Positions 36,354-46,403 of a stretch of DNA of 64,000 bases are shown here, piece by piece. The DNA is taken from the NCBI GenBank assembly GCA_938083135.1, contig CALLKY010000030.1:8432-72431 (forward strand), given 5' to 3'. Numbering within the stretch: position 1 is the stretch's first letter; each line of letters opens with the position of its first letter. The DNA comes from an uncultured Alphaproteobacteria bacterium (lineage in GTDB: Bacteria; Pseudomonadota; Alphaproteobacteria; Bin95). Below the pieces are notes generated by a model, which did no database searches, was not told the DNA's origin, and worked only from the letters and a program-made list of their open reading frames with translations. The position numbers and the translations under genes were made by a program.

Positions 36354-37559
36354 ATGACCAAAGACGCGGCGCAGGACGCCCGCGATTACTCAGTATCCGA
36401 TAGTGCTGAGCAAGATGACGATCTGGATGCATCGGCTTCGGCGGATGGGTGGATCGTTGTCGTGGCCTCTCCATCCAGAATTTGTACTGCACTCCTGAAG
36501 GCTGGAAAAACGGCTGGCGTAATTTCCGCCATTCGCAAGATGACGGACCAGGCTGTCGTTGATCCTACGAAGCGGGATCGTATGGCTCTTGGACGGTGTG
36601 ATGCAGTGATCGTCAGCGGTGCCTATGACGACACACGCGCCCGTACCTTCGCCGCAAGTGCCTTGCGCACGCCAACAATATTCATTGCAGACCAAGACGA
36701 GCCTGCACATGAGAATAATGCGCTCGCAGCGGGTGCACACACGGCCATGCTGGCAAGAGACTGCACGCCGAGCAGCCTGCGGAGCGCGCTTCAGAACGCC
36801 AAAGTCGCCTTTGACCTTCAGCGCCGTTGGGTGGAAGGCGAAGGTCGGCTGGAACGGGCTGTGCAAACGGTCGCTGCAGCGCGGCGGGATCGGCTGGCTT
36901 TCCTGAACCACATTGGCCATGAGTTCCGAACGCCATTGAATGCCATTATTGGGTTTGTCGATGTATTGGCGCAACGGGCAGAGGCCGAAGGTGCGGTCAT
37001 CGACGATACGATGCGCAAATATCTTGCCCATGTCTGTGACAGTGGTGGCGATATGCTCGCATTGGTCGAAGATCTTATGCTTCTAGCTCATAGTGAGAGC
37101 CTTGCGGCGACGGTATTGCGGCCATGTGCTGCCGCCGATCTTGTGGCGGATTGCCATGGGGCCGTGCAAGAGTCTATGTCAAGCCAATCGACTGCGTTCC
37201 GGCAGTCGAGCGTGACGTCTGGGCATGTGCGCTGCGATACATCTATGATTAGCCAAACCATGCGCGCGCTAGCCCGGGAAGCCATTGCTTTTGGACCGAC
37301 GGAGGTGACCGTCATTGCAAAGCGCGCGGGGGCCCACCTTGAGGTTGGCGTGGCCTGTCCAAAAGGCTGGGTCGATCCGGAATCTGGCATCTCTCAAGCC
37401 GGGCCTTGGCCCAAGGCGGCTGCGTTGAACCGAGATCTCAGTCTCGCACTTGCGCTGGCTGATAGCGTTGCGTTGCTGCACGGCGGATCACTTGTGCTGG
37501 ATACGACTGAGGACGCACAAGTCTTTGCAGGGATTGCTTTACCGCTCGATAGCGTCTGA
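36354..37559 (+). CDS. Histidine-kinase-like protein with an N-terminal receiver-like domain and a degenerate ATPase domain (possible phosphotransferase/pseudokinase).
   Basis: The H-box HIGHEFRTPLNAIIGF is intact. The downstream catalytic domain lacks the N-box Asn and the DxGxG/GxGxGL motifs. The N-terminus has a CheY-like pattern (WIVVVASPS...CDAVIVSG). Confidence 0.55.
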   Translation: MTKDAAQDARDYSVSDSAEQDDDLDASASADGWIVVVASPSRICTALLKAGKTAGVISAIRKMTDQAVVDPTKRDRMALGRCDAVIVSGAYDDTRARTFAASALRTPTIFIADQDEPAHENNALAAGAHTAMLARDCTPSSLRSALQNAKVAFDLQRRWVEGEGRLERAVQTVAAARRDRLAFLNHIGHEFRTPLNAIIGFVDVLAQRAEAEGAVIDDTMRKYLAHVCDSGGDMLALVEDLMLLAHSESLAATVLRPCAAADLVADCHGAVQESMSSQSTAFRQSSVTSGHVRCDTSMISQTMRALAREAIAFGPTEVTVIAKRAGAHLEVGVACPKGWVDPESGISQAGPWPKAAALNRDLSLALALADSVALLHGGSLVLDTTEDAQVFAGIALPLDSV

Positions 37560-37571
37560 TCAACCCGGGTA

Positions 37572-38852
37572 TCAGCGCATTAGTCGCTGTAGCCAGAGAT
37601 TGGCGGCAATCCGGCTGAGAACCATAGCTGCACCTGCCGCTGTAGCGCCTGGAATACCTAGCGGCGTAATCAAAACCCATAAGATCAGCATGAGCGCCAG
37701 TGTTTCAAACACCGTGGCGGCGGCGATCGGCTGGGTTCTGCGAGCATGGGTAAGCCGCGCTCTAATCCACATGAACCAAAGCGTGACAGCGGGATAGAGA
37801 GTGAGGGCGGCAAAACTATCCATTGCAGGTTCAGTCAACGCGGCTGGCAGGTTCATGAGATGCGTGAATGTCCAAGGGTCGACAGGAGTGAACGCCAGGA
37901 AAGCCATGGCACCAGTCAGCGCCGCGCCCAACCTCACCGCAAACTTAGCCAATGCCGGCCGGTGGTTCTCGTCCCGCCCAAGGAAAGCAATCACCGGCTC
38001 CTGAAAGCTCGTGGCCAGAGCCCGCGCGATGAAGTTGACGCCGTGGGCGACGGGAAATGCGGCCAGTGCCACTGCCGCATCCTTAGCTTTGGCTAGACCC
38101 ATTGTAACAAGTGCGCTGACGGCCAAATTGAGCATCATCATGATCGTCAACGGCCAATATAGCTGCCAGAATGTGCCAAAGGTCAGCGGCGGGTCTTTAC
38201 TCACAGAAGTTCGAAGGGCGTTGATCGATCCTGAAGCCATGACGCGGGCAGCCGCCGCTTCAAAAATCACGCCAAGCGACAGTGCCAGTGCGCCAGATTC
38301 AGCGCCCGTCAGCCAACCCGTCATTGCGAACAGTGCGGCGGCTCCAGACAGGACAGCGAGACGGATGCCTGTGCCATAGGCCACCCGGCGTGTGGCACCC
38401 TGGCGGATCATCACAGCCTGATAAAACCGCCGCATCCCAATCGCCGCTGGCCAAGGCAGCAGCCAAAGATAGGCCTTTGCCGCGAGAACAGAGAGGTCTT
38501 CTGGCACACCGACGACATCCTGCAGAATAGTCTGCATAAGCGGTGTCGCAGCCAGGACAGTATTGAGCCCAAGTGCCAGGAGACATAGGGCGACCGCGTA
38601 GCGGCGCACGATCAGGTAGCTTGCGTTATCACTGGCAAGGCGGAGGGTTGCCGGGGTCAGGTTGACTGTCGGTGTTTCGGAGAACCAGGCGAGCGCTATG
38701 GCCGCGCCCAATGCGGCTAGGTTTGCCGTCGCATCCGGCAAAGCTGCAACGGCCACGGACACGACCGGAATTTCCACGCCCATGATGGCCCAGGTCAGCG
38801 CAAGCGGTGACCAGAAGGCGAGAATACCACGTTGTGTTAGCGTTTCAGCCAT
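37572..38852 (-). CDS. Polytopic membrane protein of the MOP/MATE exporter superfamily (12 TM).
   Basis: A 426-aa protein with two 6-TM halves. No specific motif was assigned. Confidence 0.55.
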   Translation of the reverse strand: MAETLTQRGILAFWSPLALTWAIMGVEIPVVSVAVAALPDATANLAALGAAIALAWFSETPTVNLTPATLRLASDNASYLIVRRYAVALCLLALGLNTVLAATPLMQTILQDVVGVPEDLSVLAAKAYLWLLPWPAAIGMRRFYQAVMIRQGATRRVAYGTGIRLAVLSGAAALFAMTGWLTGAESGALALSLGVIFEAAAARVMASGSINALRTSVSKDPPLTFGTFWQLYWPLTIMMMLNLAVSALVTMGLAKAKDAAVALAAFPVAHGVNFIARALATSFQEPVIAFLGRDENHRPALAKFAVRLGAALTGAMAFLAFTPVDPWTFTHLMNLPAALTEPAMDSFAALTLYPAVTLWFMWIRARLTHARRTQPIAAATVFETLALMLILWVLITPLGIPGATAAGAAMVLSRIAANLWLQRLMR

Positions 38853-39549
38853 AGCGGCGGAGATTAGGCCCGTGGCGTTTCAGCCAGTCCTCTGCTTTCC
38901 GCCAGTTGGGATCGAGTTCCGCAACAAGTTTCCAAAACTTTGGGCCATGGTTCATATGGCGCAGATGGGCGACTTCATGGGCCGCTAAATATTCAAGGAC
39001 ATAGGCAGGCGCCATCGCCAACCGCCATGAGAACGAGAGTTTGCTGGAGCTGGAGCAACTGCCCCAGCGTGTCTTCTGGTCCCGGATTGTGAGGCCTACG
39101 ATCTTCAAACCCAACGTCGCGGCGTGCCTGTCAGACGCCTTCTTGAGCGCGCGTCTGGCTTCTGCCTTGAAGAATTTGGTGAGCAATGTTGGCAGCAGGT
39201 CCGTGCTGCCACTGATGATAATTGCAGAGTCTGTTAGGCGGACTGGGTCCGGCGCTGCAGGGTCATGGACGATTTCCCGCAGTATGCCGTGCACGGGAAT
39301 TTTCGCGCCGTCGACAAAAGGCGTTGGTTCAACGGCTTCGGCTTTGCGAGCTTCGACCCAGCTGGCTCTAGATTTAAGGAACCGCCGCGCCTCTGGGATC
39401 ATGGCCCGGCTGGGTGCTGTTAGTGTAATGCCACCGCCGACGCGATCGACTTTGATGGAAATGCGCTTTGCCCGGCCATCTACGCGAATGCGTACGTCCG
39501 CAGGCGCGCCGGCGACGAGTAGGCGCTCAAAGCCGCCAGTCAACGACAT
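38845..39549 (-). CDS. YgjP-like metal-dependent hydrolase (DUF45/M48-related).
   Basis: The HExxH motif is present in the [20 protein letters not shown] context, which is typical of DUF45. Confidence 0.7.
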   Translation of the reverse strand: MSLTGGFERLLVAGAPADVRIRVDGRAKRISIKVDRVGGGITLTAPSRAMIPEARRFLKSRASWVEARKAEAVEPTPFVDGAKIPVHGILREIVHDPAAPDPVRLTDSAIIISGSTDLLPTLLTKFFKAEARRALKKASDRHAATLGLKIVGLTIRDQKTRWGSCSSSSKLSFSWRLAMAPAYVLEYLAAHEVAHLRHMNHGPKFWKLVAELDPNWRKAEDWLKRHGPNLRRYG

Positions 39550-39991
39550 AGCCTGGCAGCTCCTCATCAATATCGGTCAGGTCGTCTTCGGAGATCACTT
39601 TGAAGCGGACTGATATGCCCGCCTCATGCACTGTATCGGGTGAGCCTGACACAAGCGGATGCCAGTCGGCTAGGTCTTCTCCGTTCGCAATCAGGCGGTA
39701 GGCGCAGGTTTGCGGCAACCAGGCAAGTGCCAGCAGGTTGGGCACGGTTTTAAGATCAATGCAGTCCGGAACATAGGCGCGCCGCCTTGGATAGTTAGAG
39801 CACTGGCAGCTTTCCAGATCGAGCAGCTTGCAGGCGACGGATGTGGATTGGATTTCGCCCGTATCCTCATATTCGACCTTTAGCAGGCAGCACTTCCCGC
39901 ACCCGTCACACAGCGACTCCCACTCGTCATTGGTCATCTGGTCCAGGCTTTTGGTCTGCCAGAACGGCTGAGGGGATTGGTCAGCGCTCAA
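39527..39991 (-). CDS. ycgN: UPF0260 protein YcgN homolog (Cys-rich, putative Fe-S).
   Basis: [30 protein letters not shown] matches E. coli YcgN ([27 protein letters not shown]). TTG start overlapping the upstream stop. Confidence 0.7.
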   Translation of the reverse strand: MSADQSPQPFWQTKSLDQMTNDEWESLCDGCGKCCLLKVEYEDTGEIQSTSVACKLLDLESCQCSNYPRRRAYVPDCIDLKTVPNLLALAWLPQTCAYRLIANGEDLADWHPLVSGSPDTVHEAGISVRFKVISEDDLTDIDEELPGYVVDWRL

Positions 39992-40368
39992 TGTTGTTCA
40001 TTTCCACTGAGGCCAAGTCGCCACATTATGCCGACGACAGCACCTTTCATGATCGGCAGCACCATCAACATCAACACCAGTGTCATAGGCAACCATACGA
40101 CCATGTGGAGCTTGGTCGACCACTGGTAGGATTGCTCAGCCATCAACGAGAGTGGCACGACGATATGGCCAACAATTAGGATGGTCAGATATGGCGGGAA
40201 ATCGTCGGCCCGGATGTGGCCAAGGCTTTCGCCGCAGGCTTTGCAGGCATCTGTCACCGTCAGATAGCCCCTGAACGAACGGCCTTCGCCGCAGTTTGGG
40301 CAGCGTCGCCGCAGGCCGCGTCGGATGACAGTTCCGAAACTGATATCTTTGGATGTTGTGTATGGCAT
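39988..40368 (-). CDS. DUF983 family membrane protein with an N-terminal zinc-ribbon.
   Basis: [10 protein letters not shown]...CKACGE is followed by TM segments. Confidence 0.6.
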   Translation of the reverse strand: MPYTTSKDISFGTVIRRGLRRRCPNCGEGRSFRGYLTVTDACKACGESLGHIRADDFPPYLTILIVGHIVVPLSLMAEQSYQWSTKLHMVVWLPMTLVLMLMVLPIMKGAVVGIMWRLGLSGNEQH

Positions 40369-40443
40369 CGCGTCCTATGCCTCAGCGCGGGATTTGCTAC
40401 TCTTGAAACAGAACATAAAGCTAAGCTCCAAGAAAAGGAATGT

Positions 40444-41844
40444 GACATGGCGTATCGCACCTTGCGATCCTGGCTCCGCAGATTGGCGCAAACGGATAGG
40501 TTGGCGGTAGCGGAACCGGGCGTTGACCTGGATTTCGAACTGTCAGCTATCGCAAAACGACAAGATGGCGAAAAAGCCGTGCTGTTCCCAGCACCGAAAC
40601 GTGGCCAGGCCAATGCGCCGAATGTTCCAGTCGTCTCCGGCTTGGTTTCGGATAGGGGCTGGATTGCGGAATCGCTGGGCATTGCGCCAAGTGAGGTACT
40701 GGCGAAGTTTCGGGATGCCGTGGAGAACCCGCTGCCCTGGCGCGAGGTTGCGGATGCGCCGGTGCATCAGAATGTCATTCGTGACCCTGATCTACTGCGT
40801 GATCTGCCAATTCCACTGCACAATGAACATGACAATGGGCCGTATATTTCTGCCGGATTGATCATTGCCCGAAACCCACGGACGGGCGTTCAGAATGTCT
40901 CGATCAATCGCCTGCAGATCAGTGGGCCGGACCGGATGGGCATCCTCATGTTGCCGCGTCACCTGCATAACTTCTATGCGGCAGCAGAAGCAGAAGGTGA
41001 TGCGTTGGAAGTCGCCATCGCGATTGGTGTGGACCCGGCGACACTACTTTCATCCCAGGCCATTGTGCCGATTGATTTCGACGAGCTTGAAGTCGCCGGT
41101 GCGCTGCATGGCGAACCGCTTCGCGTGACGAAGTGCGTCACCAACAATGTCCGCGTCCCGGCAGATGCTGAGATTGTTATCGAAGGGCGGCTCCTGCCCA
41201 ACGTGCGGGAAATGGAAGGCCCGTTCGCTGAATTTCCGCAATATTACGGCCCGGCTGGTCGGCGGGAGGTCATTCAGGTTGATGCGATCACAACCCGCAA
41301 GAATCCGATCTTCCACACCATTGTCTCCGCTGCGATGGAGCATTTGCTGCTTGGCGCCATCCCACGTGAAGCCACGATTGTCGCCCTCCTGCAACGAAGC
41401 TTTCCAGGTGTCCTGGATGTGCATCTCAGCCGTGGTGGCATTTGCCGGTACCACTTGGCTGTCAAGATTAAGAAGACAAATGAGGGTGAGCCGAAGAATA
41501 TTATTGCCGGGGCATTCTCGACCCATGCGGATATCAAGCAAGTTATCGTCGTTGATGAAGACGTCGATGTGCATGACACCGTATCTGTTGAATGGGCGGT
41601 CGCGACACGCTTCCAGGCGGGCAAGGATCTTGTGATTATACAAGGCGCACTTGGTTCCAGGCTCGACCCATCTACAGATGACGGTATTTCAGATAAAATG
41701 GGAATGGATGCCACGATGCCCGTGAAGCGGGAGGGGCTCGACTACGTTGTCGTGCATGTTCCGGGCGAAGATGATCCCAAAATGGATAGCCGGATCGCTG
41801 GCGCTGCTACCGCCAATGACGCCATGCTGCAGGAGGAGAATTGA
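40444..41844 (+). CDS. UbiD-family (prFMN-dependent) decarboxylase.
   Basis: Conserved blocks GPYISAGLIIARNPRTGVQNVSINRLQ and EGPFAEFPQYYG are present. Start at the ATG with an AAAAGGAA RBS; the upstream extension of the ORF track overlaps the DUF983 gene. Confidence 0.85.
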   Translation, partial: DMAYRTLRSWLRRLAQTDRLAVAEPGVDLDFELSAIAKRQDGEKAVLFPAPKRGQANAPNVPVVSGLVSDRGWIAESLGIAPSEVLAKFRDAVENPLPWREVADAPVHQNVIRDPDLLRDLPIPLHNEHDNGPYISAGLIIARNPRTGVQNVSINRLQISGPDRMGILMLPRHLHNFYAAAEAEGDALEVAIAIGVDPATLLSSQAIVPIDFDELEVAGALHGEPLRVTKCVTNNVRVPADAEIVIEGRLLPNVREMEGPFAEFPQYYGPAGRREVIQVDAITTRKNPIFHTIVSAAMEHLLLGAIPREATIVALLQRSFPGVLDVHLSRGGICRYHLAVKIKKTNEGEPKNIIAGAFSTHADIKQVIVVDEDVDVHDTVSVEWAVATRFQAGKDLVIIQGALGSRLDPSTDDGISDKMGMDATMPVKREGLDYVVVHVPGEDDPKMDSRIAGAATANDAMLQEEN

Positions 41845-41848
41845 GCCA

Positions 41849-42694
41849 ATGACTAAGACAGTCCCGCCGATTCCAAGAATGAAGCGTAAAGCCTACGCGA
41901 AAGAGCTGCTGGCGCTTCAGCATGAGCTGGTCAAACTGCAGGCCCATATGATTGAGGAAGGCCAGAAGATCGCCGTGATCTTCGAAGGTCGGGACGCTGC
42001 GGGTAAAGACGGCACGATCAAACGTATCATGGAATACATGAGTCCCCGCGCCGTACGCACGGTGGCGCTACCCAAGCCATCGGACCGAGATCGGGCATCC
42101 TGGTACTTCCAGCGCTATGTGCCACACCTGCCTGCGAACGGCGAAATGATGATCTTCAACCGGTCTTGGTATAATCGGGCGGGGGTGGAGCCTGTTATGG
42201 GGTTTTGCACGCCAGCGGAACACGCAGCATTTCTTGATTCAGCACCTGAGTTTGAGGACATGCTGCGCCAAGGCGGTATCACGCTTATCAAATATTGGTT
42301 GGATATTTCGCTGGAAGAACAGACAGAACGCATGGAAGCGCGGCGGTTGGACCCACTAAAAAGCTGGAAAATTTCAAGCATCGACAAGCACGCGCTCGCC
42401 AAGTTTGATGATTACACCGAAGCGCGCAATCTGATGCTTCGGCGCACCAGCACATCTTTCGCACCTTGGACGATTGCACGCACGAACCGAAAGCGGCCAG
42501 CGCGGATAGCGATCATCAAGGATATCCTCGCCAGGTTCGACTATCCCGGTAAGGATTTGGACCTCGTGGATCCGAATAGCGGGATAGTGTTCGAATTCGA
42601 TCCGGTTTTACTGGACAAAGGCTGGCTGGAAGGGTATCGGCTGCATCAGGATTTATGTGCTTGGGGGGCGCCGCGCACATTTACCATTCCGTAA
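41849..42694 (+). CDS. Polyphosphate kinase 2 (PPK2 family).
   Basis: The Walker A-like motif FEGRDAAGKDGTIKR and the IFNRSWYNRAGVE block are diagnostic of PPK2. AGGAGG RBS. Confidence 0.85.
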   Translation: MTKTVPPIPRMKRKAYAKELLALQHELVKLQAHMIEEGQKIAVIFEGRDAAGKDGTIKRIMEYMSPRAVRTVALPKPSDRDRASWYFQRYVPHLPANGEMMIFNRSWYNRAGVEPVMGFCTPAEHAAFLDSAPEFEDMLRQGGITLIKYWLDISLEEQTERMEARRLDPLKSWKISSIDKHALAKFDDYTEARNLMLRRTSTSFAPWTIARTNRKRPARIAIIKDILARFDYPGKDLDLVDPNSGIVFEFDPVLLDKGWLEGYRLHQDLCAWGAPRTFTIP

Positions 42695-42712
42695 GTCGCA
42701 GGAACGCGCCCC

Positions 42713-43483
42713 ATGGCCAGAACGCCAGACTACTTCGTTGGAAAAACTATCATCATTACTGGTGCCGCAAGCGGCATTGGTGCTGCTACAGCACTGATCT
42801 TCGCCCGTGAAGGTGCGAACATTGTTTTAGCTGATATCAACAAAGAGAAAGCGGACGCGGTCGCGGCAGCAGTCAAGAAGCTTGGCGCCGGTGCTTTGGT
42901 CGTTGCCCTTGATGTGACGGACCGCGCTGCTGTCGACAAGATGGTGAACGCCGCTGTCGCAAAGTTCGGCGTTATCGATTTTCTGTTTAACTCGGCCGGT
43001 GCGGCCGGTCGGCGGGCATCTTTCCTGGAGATTGATCAGGCGCTGTGGGAACAGACATTCGCGCTGAATTCCACCGGCGTTTTCAATTGCATGCAGGCTG
43101 TTCTGCCGCACATGCTGAGCCATGATGCTGGCGTGATCGTCAACGTCGCGTCCCAATCCCATAAGCGTGGCGGGCCAGGCGCGTCCATTCATTATGCTGC
43201 TGCAAAAGGTGCAGTCGTGACCATGACGATGGGCGTCGCGCGTGAATTCGCGGCGCAAGGCATTCGTGCGCTGTCTATCTCACCAGGTCCGATTGATACG
43301 CCGTTCCAGGCCGCCGCTGAAACACCGCCTGAATTCGTCGAAAAAGCGCGGGCAGACGTGCCCATGGGCCGGTTTGGCCGCCCGGATGAAATTGGTGAGA
43401 TGGTGCTGTTTATGTGTTCCGACGCCTGCGAATTCATGACGGCGGATACGGTCTACATCAATGGCGGGGGCGGCTGGCGCTAA
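42713..43483 (+). CDS. Short-chain dehydrogenase/reductase (SDR).
   Basis: The N-terminal Rossmann TGAASGIG motif and the catalytic YAAAK are present. Confidence 0.85.
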   Translation: MARTPDYFVGKTIIITGAASGIGAATALIFAREGANIVLADINKEKADAVAAAVKKLGAGALVVALDVTDRAAVDKMVNAAVAKFGVIDFLFNSAGAAGRRASFLEIDQALWEQTFALNSTGVFNCMQAVLPHMLSHDAGVIVNVASQSHKRGGPGASIHYAAAKGAVVTMTMGVAREFAAQGIRALSISPGPIDTPFQAAAETPPEFVEKARADVPMGRFGRPDEIGEMVLFMCSDACEFMTADTVYINGGGGWR

Positions 43484-43513
43484 TCACCGCGCCGCCCCTT
43501 CCGTAGATCAGGC

Positions 43514-44806
43514 TCAGACTTTGCTGAGCGCCTGCTCAAGATCAGCCTTGATGTCATCAATATGCTCAATGCCGATGGACAAGCGGACGTAGCCAGCGGA
43601 AACGCCGGTCGCCTCTTGCTCATCAGCCGAGAGCTGGCTGTGGGTTGTCGTTGCTGGGTGGATGGCGAGGCTCCGCGCGTCGCCGATATTGGCGACGTGG
43701 TAGAACATCTCCAGGCTGTCGATGAACTTGGCGCCGGCATCTTTGCCGCCCTTCAAGACCATACCGACAAGACCGCCCTGGCCGCCGTTCAGATACTTGT
43801 CAGCACGGGCTTTGGCCACGCCTGACTGCTGGCTTGGGTGAATGACAGCTTCAACGGCGGGATGGCCAGCGAGCCAATTCGCAACCGCAGTCGCGTTCTC
43901 GCAGTGACGCTCCATGCGCAGCGGCAATGTTTCCAAGCCTTGAATGAATTGGAATGCGTTGAACGGGCTCATAGCACCACCAAGATCACGCAGAATCGTT
44001 GTGCGGGCTTTGATGATGTAGGCGACAGGACCAATGCCTTTGACGGCCTGCGTCCACACAGCACCATGATAGCTTGGGTCAGGCTCGTTCAGGTAAGGCT
44101 GGCGCTTCGGGTGCGCTTCCCAATCAAACGCGCCGCTATCAACGATCAAGCCGCCGATGGATGTGCCATGGCCGCCAATGTATTTAGTGGTTGAGTACAC
44201 AATGACAGCCGCACCGTGGTCGAACGGGCGGCAGATACCGGCAGCAGCCGTATTGTCCATGATCAGCGGAATGCCAAGGTCTTTACCGATGGCCGCGACT
44301 TCTGCGATTGGGAAGACGTTCAGTTTTGGGTTCGGCAGGGTTTCAGCATAATAGGCGCGGGTTTTATCGTCAGTCGCGTTGCGGAAGGCTTCTGGGTCCG
44401 TTGGGTCCACAAAGCGGACCTCGATGCCCATGTCCTTCATGGTGTTCGCGAACAAGTTCCATGTGCCGCCATACAGATCTGTGGAGGAGACGATGTTATC
44501 GCCAGCTTTGGCCAAATTTTGCACAGCATAGGCGCTGGCCGTCTGGCCTGATGAAACGGCAAGCGCTGCAGCGCCGCCTTCCATCGCCGCAACGCGCTGC
44601 TCAAGCACATCGCAGGTTGGGTTCATGATGCGGGTGTAGATATTGCCAAGCTCAGCCAGCGCAAACAGATTGGCGGCGTGCTCAGCATCCTTGAACTGGA
44701 AGGATGTCGTTTGATGGATTGGTACAGCGACGGACCCAGTGTTTGGGTCGGCGCGGTGGCCTGCATGCAGGACTATGGTCGAAAGGTTCTTAGGCGCGTT
44801 GCTCAT
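43514..44806 (-). CDS. metY: O-acetylhomoserine/O-acetylserine sulfhydrylase (PLP-dependent, Cys/Met metabolism family).
   Basis: The PLP-Lys context YSTTKYIGGHGTSIGG is present and the N-terminus reads TIVLHAGHRADPNTGSVAVPIHQTTSF. Start at the ATG with a GGGGGAAG RBS. Confidence 0.85.
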   Translation of the reverse strand: MSNAPKNLSTIVLHAGHRADPNTGSVAVPIHQTTSFQFKDAEHAANLFALAELGNIYTRIMNPTCDVLEQRVAAMEGGAAALAVSSGQTASAYAVQNLAKAGDNIVSSTDLYGGTWNLFANTMKDMGIEVRFVDPTDPEAFRNATDDKTRAYYAETLPNPKLNVFPIAEVAAIGKDLGIPLIMDNTAAAGICRPFDHGAAVIVYSTTKYIGGHGTSIGGLIVDSGAFDWEAHPKRQPYLNEPDPSYHGAVWTQAVKGIGPVAYIIKARTTILRDLGGAMSPFNAFQFIQGLETLPLRMERHCENATAVANWLAGHPAVEAVIHPSQQSGVAKARADKYLNGGQGGLVGMVLKGGKDAGAKFIDSLEMFYHVANIGDARSLAIHPATTTHSQLSADEQEATGVSAGYVRLSIGIEHIDDIKADLEQALSKV

Positions 44807-44983
44807 CCGGTCTTCCCCCGAAGCGGTAGCGCGGGCATGCTTATGGTGCAGCCCGCCTTGTTGAAGCGCGTGATAGCGCATGGTGCGGCGCATTGAGTCA
44901 AGTATTTAGGCGGATTCGCTTGTGATTAGGGGACGAACGTCCTGCATTTCGCACGATATCTGGATGAAGGATGGATTCTGACG

Positions 44984-46057
44984 ATGGCGTTGAACATTTT
45001 GCTTTTGCCTGGTGATGGCATTGGCCCAGAGATTACAGATACAGCAGAAGCGGCGCTGGCCGCGTTGGATAAACGCTTCGGCCTTGGTGTGAACATTATC
45101 CGCCGGGACATCGGCTTTGCAGCCCTGAAAACGACCGGTGCCACCTGGAATGCCGCGACGGAGGACGCTTGCCGCGCTGCCGATGGCGTCATCATGGGGC
45201 CGACGGATACGGCAGCCTATCCACCTCCGGAAGAAGGCGGCATCGGCCCATCAGCCCATGCCCGCAAGAACTTGGACCTGTTCGCGAATATCCGCCCGAG
45301 CCGCTCAGCACCTGGGGCACCAGCGCTTAAGCATGGCGTCGATCTCGTGATCGTGCGGGAGAATACTGAAGGCTTTTACGCAGACCGCAATATGGCGTTG
45401 GGCAATGCTGAATTCATGCCGGATACCGGAACTGCGCTTGCCATCCGCAAGATCACTGCAAGTGCGAGCGAACGGATCGCCCGTGTCGCATATGAAATGG
45501 CGATGCAACGGCGAAAGAAGGTCACCGTCATTCATAAATCCAATGTGCTGAAGCTGACCTGCGGCCTGTTCTTGGATACGGCGGAAAAGCTTGGCGCTGA
45601 ATACCCAGGTGTTGAGGTCGATGAATGCCACGTGGATGCGATGGCGTCTGACCTTGTTCGCAAGCCTGAGACATTTGATGTCGTGCTTTGTTCCAATATG
45701 TACGGCGATATCCTTTCAAACCTCGCGGCTGAAGTGACGGGCGGGCTAGGCCTCGCGGGGTCGCTCAATCGTGGGGATGACGTAAGCTTGGCGCAGGCAG
45801 CGCACGGTTCCGCACCCGATATTGCCGGGCAGGGCGTTGCAAACCCCGGTTCAATTCTGCGGTCTACAGCGATGCTGCTGCAGGACCTTTCTTTGCGCCG
45901 GTCGGACAATGCGCTTGCTGGCGCCGCAGCAGCATTAGATGCTGAAATTGATGCAATGCTTGGTGATGCCGGATCACGCACGTCAGACTTAGGCGGCGGG
46001 CTGACAACTTCTGCATTCGGCAACATGCTCGCCAAACATTTGAGTGAGGGAGAATAG
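44984..46057 (+). CDS. Isocitrate/isopropylmalate/tartrate dehydrogenase family enzyme.
   Basis: The protein starts ILLLPGDGIGPEI and contains the NLFGDILSD-like NMYGDILSNLAAEVTGGLGLAGS motif. Confidence 0.8.
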   Translation: MALNILLLPGDGIGPEITDTAEAALAALDKRFGLGVNIIRRDIGFAALKTTGATWNAATEDACRAADGVIMGPTDTAAYPPPEEGGIGPSAHARKNLDLFANIRPSRSAPGAPALKHGVDLVIVRENTEGFYADRNMALGNAEFMPDTGTALAIRKITASASERIARVAYEMAMQRRKKVTVIHKSNVLKLTCGLFLDTAEKLGAEYPGVEVDECHVDAMASDLVRKPETFDVVLCSNMYGDILSNLAAEVTGGLGLAGSLNRGDDVSLAQAAHGSAPDIAGQGVANPGSILRSTAMLLQDLSLRRSDNALAGAAAALDAEIDAMLGDAGSRTSDLGGGLTTSAFGNMLAKHLSEGE

Positions 46058-46063
46058 GCGGTT

Positions 46064-46399
46064 ATGGCGGAACAATCTTACGCTATCCGTAAGCGCGAAA
46101 CCGTGGCGGAAGTTCCTGGCCTGCGGGTTCGGAAGCTGACGTTAGAAACCGGCCAGTCTGTGCCGTGGCACACCCACACGACGATCACCGATACTTTCTT
46201 TTGCATGGAAGGGCCAATGGTGGTTGAGACAGATAATCCCCGCGCGCGACATGTCCTGCTGCCAGGGGAGACAGTCGCTGCAGACCCTGGGCAACCACAC
46301 TATGTTCATGGGGTGGCCATGGGGCCTTGCAAATTCATGATCATCCAGGGTGTTGGTAAATATGATTACGTAGCGGCGGAAGCGCCTGTAGAGGAATAA
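46064..46399 (+). CDS. Cupin-domain protein.
   Basis: A 111-aa protein with two His-containing cupin motifs (WHTHT...; PHYVHG). Confidence 0.55.
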   Translation: MAEQSYAIRKRETVAEVPGLRVRKLTLETGQSVPWHTHTTITDTFFCMEGPMVVETDNPRARHVLLPGETVAADPGQPHYVHGVAMGPCKFMIIQGVGKYDYVAAEAPVEE

Positions 46400-46403
46400 T
46401 AGC

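Noticed and set aside
40216-40443. Upstream 76-codon extension of the UbiD ORF.
   Set aside because: It overlaps the convergent DUF983 gene, has no RBS, and family members start near MAYRTL, which has an AAAAGGAA RBS.
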